64,000 nucleotides of DNA, taken from the NCBI RefSeq assembly GCF_009914755.1, contig NC_060927.1; one strand, 5' to 3'. Each line of letters opens with the position of its first letter. Positions within the stretch are counted from its first letter, which is position 1. The stretch comes from the human T2T-CHM13v2.0 reference genome, Homo sapiens. This document shows positions 17,201 to 45,130 of the stretch, piece by piece. Both the position numbers and the translations under genes were made by a program. The notes below the pieces were generated by a model. The model did no database searches. It was not told the DNA's origin and was given only the letters and a program-made list of their open reading frames with translations.

Positions 17201-17576
17201 ACCAAGTGGAACAGAAGGCATCTAGGGCTGCATACTCTGCAAGTGTTTTCAGGGCATCCCAAAAGCTCCGTGCAGCAGCAGGTCTCATGTGACCACCTGA
17301 CGGCTGCTGAGACTGAGCTCTGGTGCTGTCACATGGCCAGGCTGCCTCCTCAAAGGCACCTGACTCTGTTCTGCTCAATGTCCTCCCTCATCACACCAGC
17401 TCCCCTGTAAGTCCAGGGTCTGTAGGCCTCCCCTGCCCTTCCCACAAACAGCTGTCAACAGGCAAGCAGCTGACCTGTGAGTGCCATTTCTGTGGGGGAC
17501 ATGTGCTGGGTTTGGACTGCCCAGCCTCCACATACCTTCCAGTAACAGCACTCAATTTTTCTGTAGGTGCCTGTCT

Positions 17577-17842
17577 GCTATGGTCTGAATGTCTGTGTCC
17601 TCCCGAAATCCAGATGTTGAAATCCTCACCTCTGAGGTGATGACATGTGTTAACAGGTGGGGCTTTTGGTGCGTGATTAGGTCATGATGTCTGAGCCCTC
17701 ATGGATGGACTAAGCGCCTTTATAAAAGAGGTCCCACAGAGCTGCTCATCCCTTCCCACCATGAGAGGATGTCACAAGGAGTGAGCAGTCTAAAACCTGG
17801 AAGACAGCCTTCACCAGAACCTGACCATGCTGGTACCATCTT
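17577..17842 (+). mobile_element. MLT1A/MST-like MaLR LTR fragment
   Basis: Starts tgctatggtctgaatgt...gtgattaggtcatga...ccttcaccagaacctgaccatgctgg. Confidence 0.75.
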
Positions 17843-18165
17843 GAAACTTTCATTTATTCTATGCTTTCTTATGTGTCAATCACAGAGTGAAACATATCAT
17901 GAACATTTCATTTGCTTCCAAACAATCCTATTAAAACCCCCATTTGATACATGAGGAATCCTTTGCATGGATGTTAAGTGACCTTCATGAAGCCACGTCC
18001 CTAGACATGGGCCTTAGTGTAGTCTAGCTCAGAACCCCTGGTCTGGACACTCTCCTGCTCCCTTGTGCTAGGGTACACGGAGTTCAAAACAAGGCCACAG
18101 GCCTCCCACCTTTACCTGGTGCTGCCTCCAGACCAAGCAGAAGGATGGCTTTAACATCCACCTGA

Positions 18166-19610
<1,445 letters not shown>

Positions 19611-20090
19611 CTACTGAAGTTTTAAAATCCAGCTGAAGGAAACTGGGTAAACCAACAATCATCTGAGAAGGGTGGCGCATTTCCCCAGGCATCTGAGAGT
19701 GAGTGTGGTTCTGGATCTGAGGCTGGTTTTGGACACAGCTCTGCCACTAACCAGCTGTGAGGCTCTTGGACCCAGGCTCCTCATTTGTACAGTGCAGTCA
19801 TTCTTACCAAAGGAGTTTTGTTTATTGTTCATTTTTAGGATTAAGTGGGGGCATAGTATGCAAAGGGATTAACAGAAAAATTGGTTCTTTCATTTTGGCT
19901 CCCTCTGTCCATCCCCCCTGTCACCACCCCCACATCTCCTCTGCAACACTGGAAGCCCCTGCCTCTGGACCTGCAGGCTGTGGCCAGGAAGGGCAGTTGC
20001 CTAGACACCTGCACCTGCCGACGGCCCCTCCCCACCATCAGGCTCCTCTTGGTTGGACACCTGCCCTAGCCCAGTCACATACAGGTATGA

Positions 20091-21883
<1,793 letters not shown>

Positions 21884-22039
21884 CTAGTGTAAATAAGAAT
21901 ATCACAGCATTTGTCATCCATCCAGATGACTCAAAGCAGTGTCAGTAAGTCCTGGGGGGAAGCTGCTACCTGCAAAGACTCTAGGCGTCTGCCTGTTCTC
22001 TTGGGAGACAGGCAAACATCAAAGAGTACAATGAAAAGA

Positions 22040-22260
22040 TGGTGTTGGCCAAGGCCCGAGCAGGAGAAAATAGGGAGTTGCTATTTAATGGGTACAGAGT
22101 GTCCATTTGGGAAGATGAAAGAGTTCTGAAGGTGGATGGTGGAGGTGGCTGCACAACAATTGTGAACGTACTTCATGCCACAGAACTCTACACCTAAAAA
22201 TGGTTAAGGAGGTCGATTATATGTTATATATATTTTACCACAATTTAAAATAAAAAAATA
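22040..22260 (+). mobile_element. L1M 3' end fragment
   Basis: atttaatgggtacagagt...gatgaaagagttctg...tatattttaccacaattt followed by an A-rich end. Confidence 0.75.
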
Positions 22261-23330
22261 TGTAAACCACATACGGACACCAGAAGAAAACTTTTATTTT
22301 GAGGAAAATTAAAGGACTGACAGTGAGTTTTGAAAGAGTGAATTTTTCTCATTCCCACTGTCGCATGAGGCCCCACTGGCACACAGAATGTGCTGGCGTC
22401 TGGCAGGCACTGCTTTTGAGGGGGTGCTCCCCACTCTTCACAACACAGGAACAGGAGGCAGGCAGGCCATAGGGGAACTCAGGGACCTGGGTCAGGCCAG
22501 AAAGCAACAGTGAAAAGAAAAGAGAAGTGAGAGTTGCACAAAGAACAAGGATGGGTGAGGGTGGTGGATGACACACGCCACCTCCCATCCACCCGCGGGG
22601 TCCAGCCCCTAACGGTGCCCAAAGGCAGTGTCTACAGAGCGGAAGCCACCTCGTGGGGCTGACAGAGCTCAGGCAGAGTGGGGGACCCACAAAGGAAGCA
22701 GGAAGAAAATCACCCAAGGCCCAAGTCAACCCAGGTCCACAGACACTTCCTGGCACTTCCCTGCTGCGGGCCTGGTGAAGGGAGTTGAGTAAGGCCCGGT
22801 CCAGCCCTGCAGGGGCCACAGCTACAGACAGCCCTCAGGGGCCAGGGAGAACGAGGCCCAAAAACCAGGCCCAGTCTAACCCTGCCCAACATCTGACCTG
22901 GCATTCTCCTTCCTGTCTCCTAACCACAGCCCACAAGGTCCCACATGGCCCCGCCCTGCCAACCTCTCCACCCTCCCTCCCAGCCCTGCTGCCCTGGCCA
23001 AACGTGCTGCCTTTGCGCACTTCTGACAAGCTCCATCTCTCCTCCGGCCCTTTGCACTTGCTGTCCCCTCCAACTCAACCCCACTCCACTCCTAGTTCGA
23101 CTCCCAGGAGGCTTATGCTGAGCGCCCTCCCCAAAACACATTCCATGCCTTGCAGTTCTGTTTCCTTCAGGACTTACTCCTGCCTCACATGCATCCACAG
23201 ATCTCATCTTAATTAACCGTTTAACTCCGGCAATCAACTGTGAGTCCCTGAGAGCATGGCATCTCCTGCTGCTTCACTGTCACATCCCAGGACCTCAAGT
23301 AGTGCCTGGCTCATAGTAAGAGTCACAGAC

Positions 23331-23616
<286 letters not shown>

Positions 23617-26600
23617 TCACAGACATTTGTCACCTCTTATTCAGTGACTCTCCAGCCCTCCTCGGTGAAATATGTGTTGTCCATCAGTGCTTGTCCCCTG
23701 GTGCTCAGGCAGGATGGGTCTTCACCGTGTGCCCTCTCCCAGGCCCTGCGGGAGCTCTGGTTTCTCCACCCCACTTTCTAACTGCCAGAAATGCCATCAA
23801 ATAGGCCCAGATGATAACGCAATCGACCAAAGCCTGTGACTCTAAGGCCAGGCATAAGGAAGGAGACAGAGATTTGGCCTAGGTGTGTGGGGATGCAGCA
23901 TGCACACAAATTGAGTGGTACAGGGGAAAACACTCTCAACGAAAAGAGCAGAAGTACAGGTGTGGGCTCAGGGAAGGCCAAGTGAAGGAGGTACAGAAGA
24001 GCAAACTGGGGGCCTCCCGTCGAATTCAACTCCCTCTTTTGGGTTGTTTCCACTTTGTGAATTTTTTATTTTGACTATGGGGCAACTTCTTACAGGCCCT
24101 GTTGCCTCACCTGTGCAAGTTTCCAGCATGTGACCTGCTGACGTGCCCGTCCCAGAGGCTCAGGGTCCCTGAGCCCAGCAGAAGCCAGCTAGGCCAGATG
24201 ACACTCTGACTTGGCTCAGCGTGCATCCCTCACCCTTAGTGCCCAACTTCACCCACGAAGGCCTGTGAGGGGATTTGCTGCAGCTTCCCCTGCTGGGGCA
24301 GGGAGAGGGACCCAGGACATCCACACGCAAGGGTAGTGCTGGCCTCTGGCCTCCCACAGTCACCCCTCAGCAAAGAGGGACTCCCCAGGGGTCATCTGAA
24401 CTGCCTGGGGTACAGCATGCCCCAAGGCCAAGCTCCACGGCATAGGGACCAGTGCCCTCCCTGGCCCTGAAAGGACTCCCATCTGCCTGTTTGAGAATCC
24501 TTACACCTGTGACTGAGAAGTGCCCCAGACCACATAAGAGAGGGTGTACCCTGGTGCAGGACCAGGCCTGGCACACGTGTTAGATGGCTCCAAGGTGCCC
24601 AGGAGAGACTGTCAGGGGCAGGAAAAGAGAAGTCTGTGAACAGCTTGGTATGGCAGTCACTGCATGCTGTGTCTGGATGTTGTTCACCAGGCAGGTCCAC
24701 ATCCCCTCCCCACCTCAGCCAGGGGAGCTGCAGGTCGTAATTCAAAACAGAGTGTCTCCGCCAGAGGCCCGGGAGGTCGCACAACATCCCCTTCCCCAGG
24801 GGAACCAATGGCTGCCTGACAGTGGGTACAAAAGCTCAAAGCTTGGTCTCTTCGCCTGAAGGCAGGACAACCTGCAGGCAGCCTCCCTTCCCTATCCAGC
24901 TGCCCAACAGAGCACTTTCTCTGTAAACTAGGGCAGCAGAATCCTGCCTCAGGCTCCACCCCTGGGAAACCAATCTGAGCCACTCACTTTCTCCAAGACA
25001 GCGCCCCCCTGCTGGAGCACCCAGAATACCCTGGGACTCCATGGCAGGGAAAGAATCAATGAGGAGGCAACTTCAACCCAGCAGAAAGGTGCTCAGACAC
25101 GGAGCCCTCAGGAAGAAGCAACAGAGCAGTGCTTGGGCTTCAGTGCTAGCCAGTGTTGGCAGGGGAGGAGGTTCCCGAGGTGCCCAAATAACCAGGTTCA
25201 AGGCAATGTAAGAAAGGAGCTAGGAGAGGAAACATAAGTGACCGAAAAGAAACCAAAATGCTGCCTGTGATTGTATTACAGCTGGAAGATTGTGGCATGA
25301 TTTCTTTTTCGTCTGTTCTCCCAGTTTTTGATATGAGGTCGTTTTGTATATACCTTTAAAAGGAGCAAATGTAATATACTTTATGGAACACTTTCAATAA
25401 TGCAAAATATCTAGAAGGAATCAGGAACTTGTCACAAAACCAGTGCTGGCTGGGTGCAGTTGGAGAGAATTAGAGCCTGGCAAATTAGCCAGAGGCTGCC
25501 AGTCCCCAGGTCTAATGGCGTGGGACAGGGAGGGGTCCCAGCAGCTCCTGCTCCAACTCAGTGTCCATCGCTACAAGACTTCCCAGAGATCACTTCCCCT
25601 TCTGGAGCTCAGGTTTTCCTATATGAAACACAGGCTGTTTAAACTAGGTGACCTCTGAGGTTCCCCTGGCCCGAAAACTGTCCAATTTTGATGTTATAAA
25701 ATAAAAAAAATAGGAAAAGTAAACATGAAGCTGTTGGCTCAGGCACACACAGTGATTTCTGTAAACTTAGAGCTCAGCTGCAAATTCAATGGATGTGCAA
25801 ATGTTCCCACAGGGTCTGGCAGAATTCTCATTTTCTTTTTCGTCTGAGAGACTTAACAATGAACTTTCTGGATGAAGAGGTAATGTTCCTCCCAGGTTTA
25901 GAGGACTGTGGATATATGTCTATAGGCCAGCTCTTAAAATCTCCAGAGCAGATTCTTCAAAACTGCAGCAATAGATGACTACACTAGGAACAGCAATACT
26001 AAAAATAAAGAAAATATTCTCAATGCTTGATTGACAGAATGTCTTCCTGTCAAGTTAAGGGGGAATCACAATTTCCAAACACCTCTGAGAAGACACTTTG
26101 AATAGCGGTCACACATCTGCAGTCACACATCTGCAATACAAACTACAGATCAACGCCAAACACGTTATAAGGTACTTAGCACTTCTCTGATGCACCAGAG
26201 ATTAAGAATGTTTTTTCCCTTTTTCCTACCAAGTAAATTAAAATCCACCAACACCCTTCAGCTCCTCTCAGAAAAGAAAATGATGTTGGGGGGGAAAAAA
26301 GTGTTGTTAGTTTAGAAAAAGAAAAAAGTACAGCTATAGAATCTCAGAGAAAGTAACACACAAATATATCCAAAGGGATTCACTTGAAGCCAGCTGTTTT
26401 TAATAACCAGTTTCCTCTTTCTTGCCCACATACTGAGAGGACAGACAGCTTCAACAAGAGAATGAGCATGTATCCCCGCCACAGTATTGACTAACAGCTG
26501 ATTTTCCCACACAAGACTAGGCCTTAGACTGGGATACAGAAAACCTAATGCCCAAGTTCAGCCTCTGGCATCAGGCCAGAAATAGGAGCCTCCAGGTGCA

Positions 26601-26667
26601 TAAAGCACTAAAACCAAAATGCAATGGGCTGACCTAGTACGTCTTGATTTCAGGAAGGAGACCTTCA

Positions 26668-27395
<728 letters not shown>

Positions 27396-27829
27396 TCACA
27401 CTTACATACACGCACAGACTAATACTCAAACAGGCTTGACACACACATGTCCAGGCTTACACACATGGCTGTCACGTGGTCACACCCCGTTCTGCCTCAA
27501 CCTTGACCCAGTCTTGAAACAGAAATAAAGGGAGCAACTACTGAGCATCCTGGGGGTGGGAAGGGCGGAAGCCCATCTTTTCACCCCTAGGACGGCTGGG
27601 CTGGGAAGCTAAGGGCGCTCAGTCGTGCCCACGCAGCCTTGCCAGGGGCAGGAGCTCCATTTCCCCTGGTCTGCAAAATGGAAGGGCTGGACTGCACCGC
27701 CCTGTCAGTGTCGGTCTCTGGTTTCATGGGTCCCTGTGGTTCCACAGGGTCACACTCCGCATCCGACCCCTTGGAGAACTCCCAACCCGAGAGGGAGGGT
27801 GATGGAAATGCCCTGAGCATCAGGACCCG

Positions 27830-29170
<1,341 letters not shown>

Positions 29171-30214
29171 CTTTCCAGAGAGGCCTTAAGATTCCCATTT
29201 CTCCAGGAAAAAACCGGTTGAATGGCCCCCAGATCACTCAGCCAGAGAGCCCCAAGCTCTTGTCCTCCGCACTGCACCCCCTGCGGAAGCCATTAGAGGT
29301 TACCTATAGGTCATTTAGGGCGCCAACGCTGCCAGAGCACAACCCCCTCCACGGCCCCCACACCCACAAAAGAAAGTTTAGCACCGCGGAATCCACCTGC
29401 ACACCAATGGAAGGCCTTAGATTCCGCGCTGTGCTCTGTGGCTTTTAGCTGTCTGTCGTGAATTGCATGAAGGCATGCGTCAGCAGGCACCTGACTGCTT
29501 GGTGCCGCTAAAATATGAATCTAGCCTTGCAGAGAAGGTCCAGCCTAGCGGGAGGTCAGGAAAGGGTGGGGTGAGGGTGCACTGGCCGGCTGTCTGAGGA
29601 GTGCAGGAAGTGGATGCTGACTGTAACCAGGAAGACACACAACGATGCCACTGGGTGACCAGGAAGGAGAGGATAAATGTCAGTAAGGCTAGGAAGGCTT
29701 TTTGGAGGCGGCGGCCCCTGGGTTGGGCATAGACACCGCACTGGGCTTCAGCGAGGCCCGCATAGGCTGAGCCTGCCCCTCAGGGATCATGGGGCTTTTG
29801 GATGGTGATGCGGGGTGTTTGGGGTCACCCTCGAAGCCTGAGGGCCCTAGACCAGGGAATGTGTGTGTTGGGGGAAATCTCTGGAGATAACCAGAACTAA
29901 GGGGGTGAGGGTCGGCCCTGTGTGGAACCAGGTGCTCTGGGAGGGGAATTCCAACGGGCTCCCTTTGAAGAAACAAAAAACAGACTTGTGCGGAAAAGGC
30001 AGCCTCAGAGGGTATTTGTGAGGAAGTCTGTGGGTGTCTTCTGGGTTGCACAAGATTGATTTGTTTTCCAACAGGTAATCCAGACAGATGGTTGAAACTT
30101 AGGCTCAAAAGGGTTCCAAGTGAAAGTGATTCCTCTCCCTCCCCATCACCCAATACCCTTCCCTACAGGCAATGAGTGTTTCCCACTTGAGTATACATCC
30201 AGAGAAATTTTATG

Positions 30215-30930
30215 CATAAACAAGCATATATATATATAAAACATGGCACACATGCACACACATACACATACATGCACACACATATGTATATATGAAATAT
30301 GGCACATATACATACATATACATATGTCTTGCGAGGCAGGTAAATCTCACTCTTGGACATATATCCTAGAGAAATGAAAAGTGATGTTCCCACAATCACC
30401 TGTACATAAAACATTCATAGCAGCTTTATCAAATAGGCCCAAACTGGAAACAGCACAGAGGTCCTTCATGGGTGATGATTAAATACTGTGGCACATCTAT
30501 GCCATGGAATATTATTCAGCAAAAAAAGAAATGAACTGCTAATACATCCATCTTGGATGAAGCTCCAGGGAATTATACGGACTGGAAAACAAACACTACA
30601 AAAGCACAAAAGGTTACATACTGTAAACTTGCTTTTATACAAGATTATTGAGTTGGCAAAATTATAGAAGTATAGAGCAGGTGAGTGATTGTGGGGTCAG
30701 GGGCGGCGTGGCATAGGAAGTGATGTGGCTATAAAAGGTCAACATGAGGAGTCCCTGGGATGGAAGTGCTTGGTGGCTTGACTGTATCAATGTCCATTTC
30801 CTGGTTGTGATATTATCCCATAGTTTTGCAAGATGTCTACTAGTGGAAACGGGGTAAAGGGCACATATTATAGCATCTCTCTTGTTATTTGTTACAACTG
30901 CATGTAATCTACAATTATCTCAAAAAAAGA
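30215..30930 (+). mobile_element. (CA/TA) low-complexity tract followed by an L1MC-type 3' fragment
   Basis: Simple repeat 30215-30326, then L1 3' sequence ending ttacaactgcatgtaatctacaattatctcaaaaaa. Confidence 0.75.
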
Positions 30931-30988
30931 ATCATACAAACAGGCCCAGCAAAACACATCTGAGTGGACACAGCTTGCTAAACAACTA

Positions 30989-32528
<1,540 letters not shown>

Positions 32529-33724
32529 TAATTTTAAAGAATCATTCTGCAGTGGGGAAACTTAAAGAGTCATAGAGTAGACAGTGGTATAATGAAGCCC
32601 CATGACTGTCCAGTTCTGTGGCCACAATCCACAGCCAATTCTGCTGCTTCTGCAGTCACCACAGGCCCCACCCTATCTCATTTTGAAACAAATCCAAGAT
32701 ATCCTGTCATTTCGTCTGTATTTCAGTTTGTATCGCTAAGAGATAAGGACCCTTTTATAGACATAACCACAATACTATTATCACACGTAAAAAAGTTAAC
32801 AGTAATCTTATGGTCATAAAATATTATTAGAGTTCAAATTTCCAACTGTCTCATACATTCATAATACCTTTTTACAGTTTATACTTTCAGAATCAGGATA
32901 TAAGTAAAGTTCACACATTGCAATTGATTGAAATGTCTTTTAAGGCTCTTTCAATCTATAGGCTTCCTTCCCCATTTCTCCTTTTCTCCCTGAATTTAAA
33001 TGTTGCCCTTTGACCTCTGGAGTAGACATTTGTGTTTTCAGACACCCCCAAGCTGAGTCCCCCCTAGCCTGGGCCCTACTGCAGCAGCAATGGGGGTTTC
33101 CGCCTCTCACAAGTCTGCCCCCAGGCTTTGGTCATGGACTCTGGAAATGGAGGAAAGGGACACCCACTGTGGACCTTCAGCACCACCTCTGAGCTGGAAA
33201 CCTTGGCTTTGGGCAAAACAAAAAAGAAGTAAAACACCAGGAGCACTGGAATGGCTTCCACCTTTGCAAAGTGCTTTCCAAAACCCCATCATACTTAAGA
33301 GAATGGCAACACTTAATTACAGAAATTGCTGCTCAAGTCAATGCCCAGACATGCCTCCTGCTCATGGGGCCCATTTTCTGGATGCGTTTACTCTTCCTCA
33401 GAATGTGTTCCTCACACTTGCCACCTTCAGCCTCTGCCAGGATTGGCAATTGTTTGCTTCCTGTGGGCCCCTGGGTCCTTCCCCACAGGCATCACTAGAG
33501 GATGATGGCTGCAGAATAAGTGATGGCAGCCAGCTTGTCACACCTTCAGCCTTCCTTGGAAGTCCAGGCGCATGTGTGTTATCCCAGCCACCTCAATCTG
33601 ATTCCAGCAAACCTAGCTGGATACACAAGGGAGTCCTCAGACATCACCAGGCCACCAACTCTGCAAGAGTACAGGCTCTCTACTCCTTGCTTTCTAGAAC
33701 TACCAACAGCATGATCCCTTTTCA

Positions 33725-34294
33725 TGATGGTTAATTTGTGTGTGAACTTGACTGGGCTAAGGGATGCCCAGATAGCTGGCAACACATGGTTTCTGGGTGT
33801 GTCTGTGAGGGTGTTTCTGGATGAGATTAGCATTTGAATCAGACTGAGTAAAGATCTGCCCTCACCCATGTGAGTGGACACATCCAATCCCTCAAGGGCC
33901 CGACTAGAACACAAAGGTGTAGGAAAGGCAAATTCACTGTCCACTTGGGCTGGGACATCTGTCTTCTCCTGCCATTAGATATTGGAGCTCCTGATTCTCA
34001 GGGCTTTGGACTATGGAACTTACAACAGCACCCCCCACCCCGACCCTGGGCTCTCAGGTCTTTGGACTGACAGGCTCTAAAGCCTTCAGGCTTGGACCAA
34101 ATTATATCACCAGCTTCCTTGGGCCTCCAACTTGTAGACAGAAGGCTCTGGGACTTCTTAGCCTTCATAATTATGTGAATCAATTCTCATAATCTCTCCA
34201 TCTCTACAACCACCCCTCCCCGCCGCACACATACACACACACCCATACCCACACACCCACACTCTTATTCTGTTTCTGTGGTGAGCCTAATACA
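33725..34294 (+). mobile_element. MLT2B-like (ERVL) LTR
   Basis: tgatggttaattt...gggtgtgtctgtgagggtgtttctgg...cctaataca terminus. Confidence 0.8.
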
Positions 34295-34846
34295 TTCTTC
34301 TTGCTTCTGAGCTCCCCTTGGTGCCAGAGTGGTCAACACAGATCATGGCATACCCCTCAGGGGGGCCAGCCCTCCACAGCCTCCCAGGTGGCCTTGACAG
34401 AGAATTCAAACTCCTGCTTGTGGTCCCCAGGCCCTCCGAGGCATCCTCTCTGACCTTTGCCTCCCAGACTCACTCCTCTGGCCTGGCCCCACCTGGGTAG
34501 TTCAGACCTCCTTAGCATACCTAGCAAATTGGACCCCCTAGGGAAGATAGTTTTTGAACCACTCCTCCTTTATAAGACAAAATTATTTTCAGTAATAAAC
34601 ATGAAATGAAATATAATAATTTCTAGGAAAAAATAACATTTTATTAAACTTTTTATAGATAAGCAAGCCAGCAACATTTTTAAATAAAAATAAAATACTA
34701 CAACCAAAAAAGGAAAAGCTAGTGGCTTAATATTTTTAAAATTATATTAATGTATTTTTAGTTACATTCAGCATGGAATAGCTGAATAGCAGTAACTCAA
34801 ATTTGTCTTTATAATCACTATGCCATCACTGGTTATCTGAAATCTA

Positions 34847-38341
<3,495 letters not shown>

Positions 38342-38619
38342 TGAAAATCTTTGAGAGCAGATGTTTGTTGGGACTCAGCAACCGATACCCCAAAATATGG
38401 AGCTTTGAAGTACTCAGCTGAAGAAGCAGCCTCAAGGTCTCGCTGACCTTTCTCCCACTCCTGTCTGTCCCAAAGCACAGCATGAAGTTGTTCTCTGAAG
38501 TTCCCTTATCTGTCTAAAGTCTGGACCTGCCAAAGAAGAAAACAATTATCTCCAGTCCCTTGCCATTTTTTCATTAACTGAACCCATATTGCAGGAAGAA
38601 AAACCAAAGTCTGTCAACA

Positions 38620-39168
38620 TGTTACAGGAAAGGGGTCCCGATCCAGACCCCAAGATAGGGTTACTGGATCTCACACAAGAAAGAATTCAGGGCAAATCCA
38701 TAAAGTGAAAGCAAGTTTATTAGGAAAGTAAAGAAATAAAAGAATGGCTACTCCATGGACAGAGCAGCCCTGAGGGCTGCTGGTTGCCCATTTTTATGAT
38801 TATTTCTTGATGACAGGCTAAACAATGGGTGGATTACTCATGTCTCCCCTTCTTAGACCATATAGGGTAAATTCCTGACATTGCCATGGCATTTGTAAAC
38901 TGTCATGGTGCTGATGGGAGTGTAGCAGTGAGGATGACCAGAGGTCACTCTCATCACCATCTTGGTTTGGGTGGATTTTAGCCGGTTTCTTTACTGCAAA
39001 CTGTTTCATCAGCAAGGTCTTTATGACCTGTGTCTTGTGCCGACCTCCTATCTCATCCTGTGATTTAGAATGCCTTAACTATCTGGGAATGCAACCCAGT
39101 AAGTCTCAGCCTCATTTTACCCAGGTCATATTCAAGAAGGAGTTGCTCTGGTTCACATGCCTCTGACA
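38620..39168 (-). mobile_element. MER41A-like solo LTR (no GAS segment)
   Basis: tgttacaggaaaggggtccc...cctctgaca, the reverse complement of MER41; perfect TSD AACA at 38616-38619 and 39169-39172. Confidence 0.85.
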
Positions 39169-39466
39169 AACACACCTGTTATGGAAAGGAGTCTGGATCC
39201 AGACCCCAAGAGAGGGTTCTTGGATTTCATGCAAGAAAAGAACTTGGGGCAAGTCCATAAAGTGAAAGCAAGTTTATTAAGAAAGTAAAGGAGGCCAGGA
39301 GTGGTGGCTCACACCTGTAATCCCAGCATTTTGGAAGCCCGAGGTGGGTGGATCACGAGGTCAGGAGTTCAAGACCAGCCTGACCAACATGGTGAAACTT
39401 TGTCTCTGCTAAAAATACAAAAATTAGCCAGGCATGGTGGTGCATGCCTGTAATCCCAGTTACTCA

Positions 39467-39616
<150 letters not shown>

Positions 39617-40087
39617 CTATTCCATAGGCAGAGCAGCCCAGAGGGCTATGGTTGCCCTTTTTTTTTTTTTTCAAGACGGAGTCTTGCTGTGTCACCCAGG
39701 CTGGAGTGCAGTGGTGTGATCTTGGCTCACTTCAAACTCTGCCTCCCGGGTTCCAGCAATTCTTCTGCCTCAGGCTGCTGAGTAGCTAGGATTACAGGCA
39801 CCTGCCACCGCATCTGGCTAATTTTTGTATTTTTAGTAGAGACGGGGTTTCACCAAGTTGGCCAGGCTGGTCTCCAACTCCTGACCTCGTGATCCACCCA
39901 CCTTGGCCTCCCAAAGTGCTGGGATTATAGTTTTCTGGGAAAGGGATGGGCAATTCCCAGAACTGAGGATTCCTCCCCTTTTTAGACCATATAGGGTAAC
40001 TTCCTGATGTGCCATGGCATCTGTAAACTGTCATGGTGCTTGTGGGAGTGTAGCAGGGTGTGGTGGCACTGTAATCCCAGCTACTCA

Positions 40088-41768
<1,681 letters not shown>

Positions 41769-42452
41769 TGAAACTGCCTTTGCAAAATTATGACTGAGAC
41801 AGTGAAAGAGATCCAACTTAATTGACTCCATCTTGCTTCTAATTTCCAAGCTGTCCTTGTTCATTCCTGGGCGTAGGCTGAAGTAACTTTGGGAGAAACT
41901 TAGTTTATAGTTTAAACAAAGACAGTAACAGCCCTTTCCCAAAGCAGACCTCCTTGCTTGGGGACTAGATTGCCTTTGTAGGACTAACATTAGCCACAAG
42001 ATTAGAAATTACGGTTTAGGAGTCATGCAGCTGGAGGCTACAAGATTCTGACCCTTCCTAAACTGCTCCTAAGGTCAGTGCTTGATATGTTTTGCAGACC
42101 CTGCACTTAATGGATCAGCTGTCCCCACCCAGATCAATAAGCTGGCTCATCTGATCTTCTGGCCCCCACCCAGGAACAGACTGAGCGCAAGAAGACAGCT
42201 CGGACTCCCTATGATTTGATTTCTGACCAATCAGCACTCCTGGCTCACTGGCTTCTCCCCACCCACCAAGTTCTCCTTAAAAACTCTGCTCCCCAAATGC
42301 TCAGGGAGACTGATTTGAGTAATAATAGAACGCCGGTCCCGCACAGCCAGCTTTGCGTGAATTACCCTTTCTCAATTGCAATTCCCCTGTCTTGATAAAT
42401 TGGCTCTGTCTAGCCTAGGCAGCAGGCAAGATGAACCCCTTGGGCCATTGCA
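41769..42452 (+). mobile_element. LTR8-like 3' LTR
   Basis: Starts TGAAACTGCCTTTGCAAAATTATGACTGAGACAGTGAAAGAGATC (recalled LTR8 start), ends CA; MER41 sequence resumes immediately after. Confidence 0.82.
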
Positions 42453-43499
42453 TTTATGACCTGTATCTTGTGCTGACCTCCTATCTCATCCTGTGACGGA
42501 GAATGCCTAACCGTCTGGGAATGCAGCCTAGTGGGTCTCAGCCTCATTTTAACCAGCCCCTATTCAAGATGGAGTTGCTCTGTTTCAAACACCTCTGACA
42601 CAGCTAGACAGACTCTTGTCACAAACCATTGTCTGTTCTGCAGGCCCAACAGACTTTGTCCCAGGCCTCTGTATACTCTTCAAGCCCACTGAATTCCCCT
42701 TAAAAATCATATACTAACCCCCTAACCTTATCCACACTTTGCCATCTCCCTTTCCCCTAAGAAGAAGGGTATATAAGCATCTGTACCCCATGGTGCAGTG
42801 GAGCAATCAGTCTGTGATTTCCCCCCATGCATGTTAATAAACGTGCATGCCATTTCTCCTATGAGTCTGCCTTTTATCAGTTTATTTTTCAGCAAAACTT
42901 CAGAGGATGAAAGGGAAGTTTTCCCTTAGCTCCTACATGTGTTTCAGATTTTTTTTTTGAGCTTGATAGGTAAAAGGTGCCTGTGCTATTTTTACATTAC
43001 CACTCCTAGTGGGTTCAGGAGCAGCATCTTATTGTCAATACATTGATTTTTCTGCAATGAGACATGAATATTCACACTAATGGGATAGAGACTTTAAATA
43101 GCCTCAGCTCATTTTAGGTCAGTTTTCACTGCCAGAGGACTTGGTTGCAACCTAATGGGAAAAGCGGGTTTAGAGTTTTTTTGGCTTTTTGAATTATGGA
43201 GAGAGATCTTGGATCTGTACATAGTAAACTTGAACATGAGCATATTCTATGACCTAGAAATACACCTAAATTCATTTCTTAGAATAATGGGATTTGAACT
43301 TTTCTATGCACAATCCAGAGTAAGAAATACAATTCATGTGTAATCCAATTCACACATGTATTTATGTAACTTGAAACAAAAGTTGCAAGAAACGCTACCC
43401 TTCCTACACGTGATCACTCTGTCTTTTATATTTCATGTTTTGAGTGTTTACCATACGCCAGGCACAGTTCTAAGCATTTTTTCTATATTTCATTTTTTT

Positions 43500-45130
<1,631 letters not shown>

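Noticed and set aside
24999-25016. CTCF-like motif ccagcaggggggcgctg (minus), plus similar ones near 5592-5607 and 61409-61422
   Set aside because: Each departs from the core at an informative position (extra G, or C/G substitution); not supportable without ChIP data.
33090-33734. 214-aa plus-strand ORF
   Set aside because: No recognisable protein family or exon structure, and it runs into an MLT2 LTR; most likely a chance ORF (PhyloCSF or Ribo-seq would settle it).
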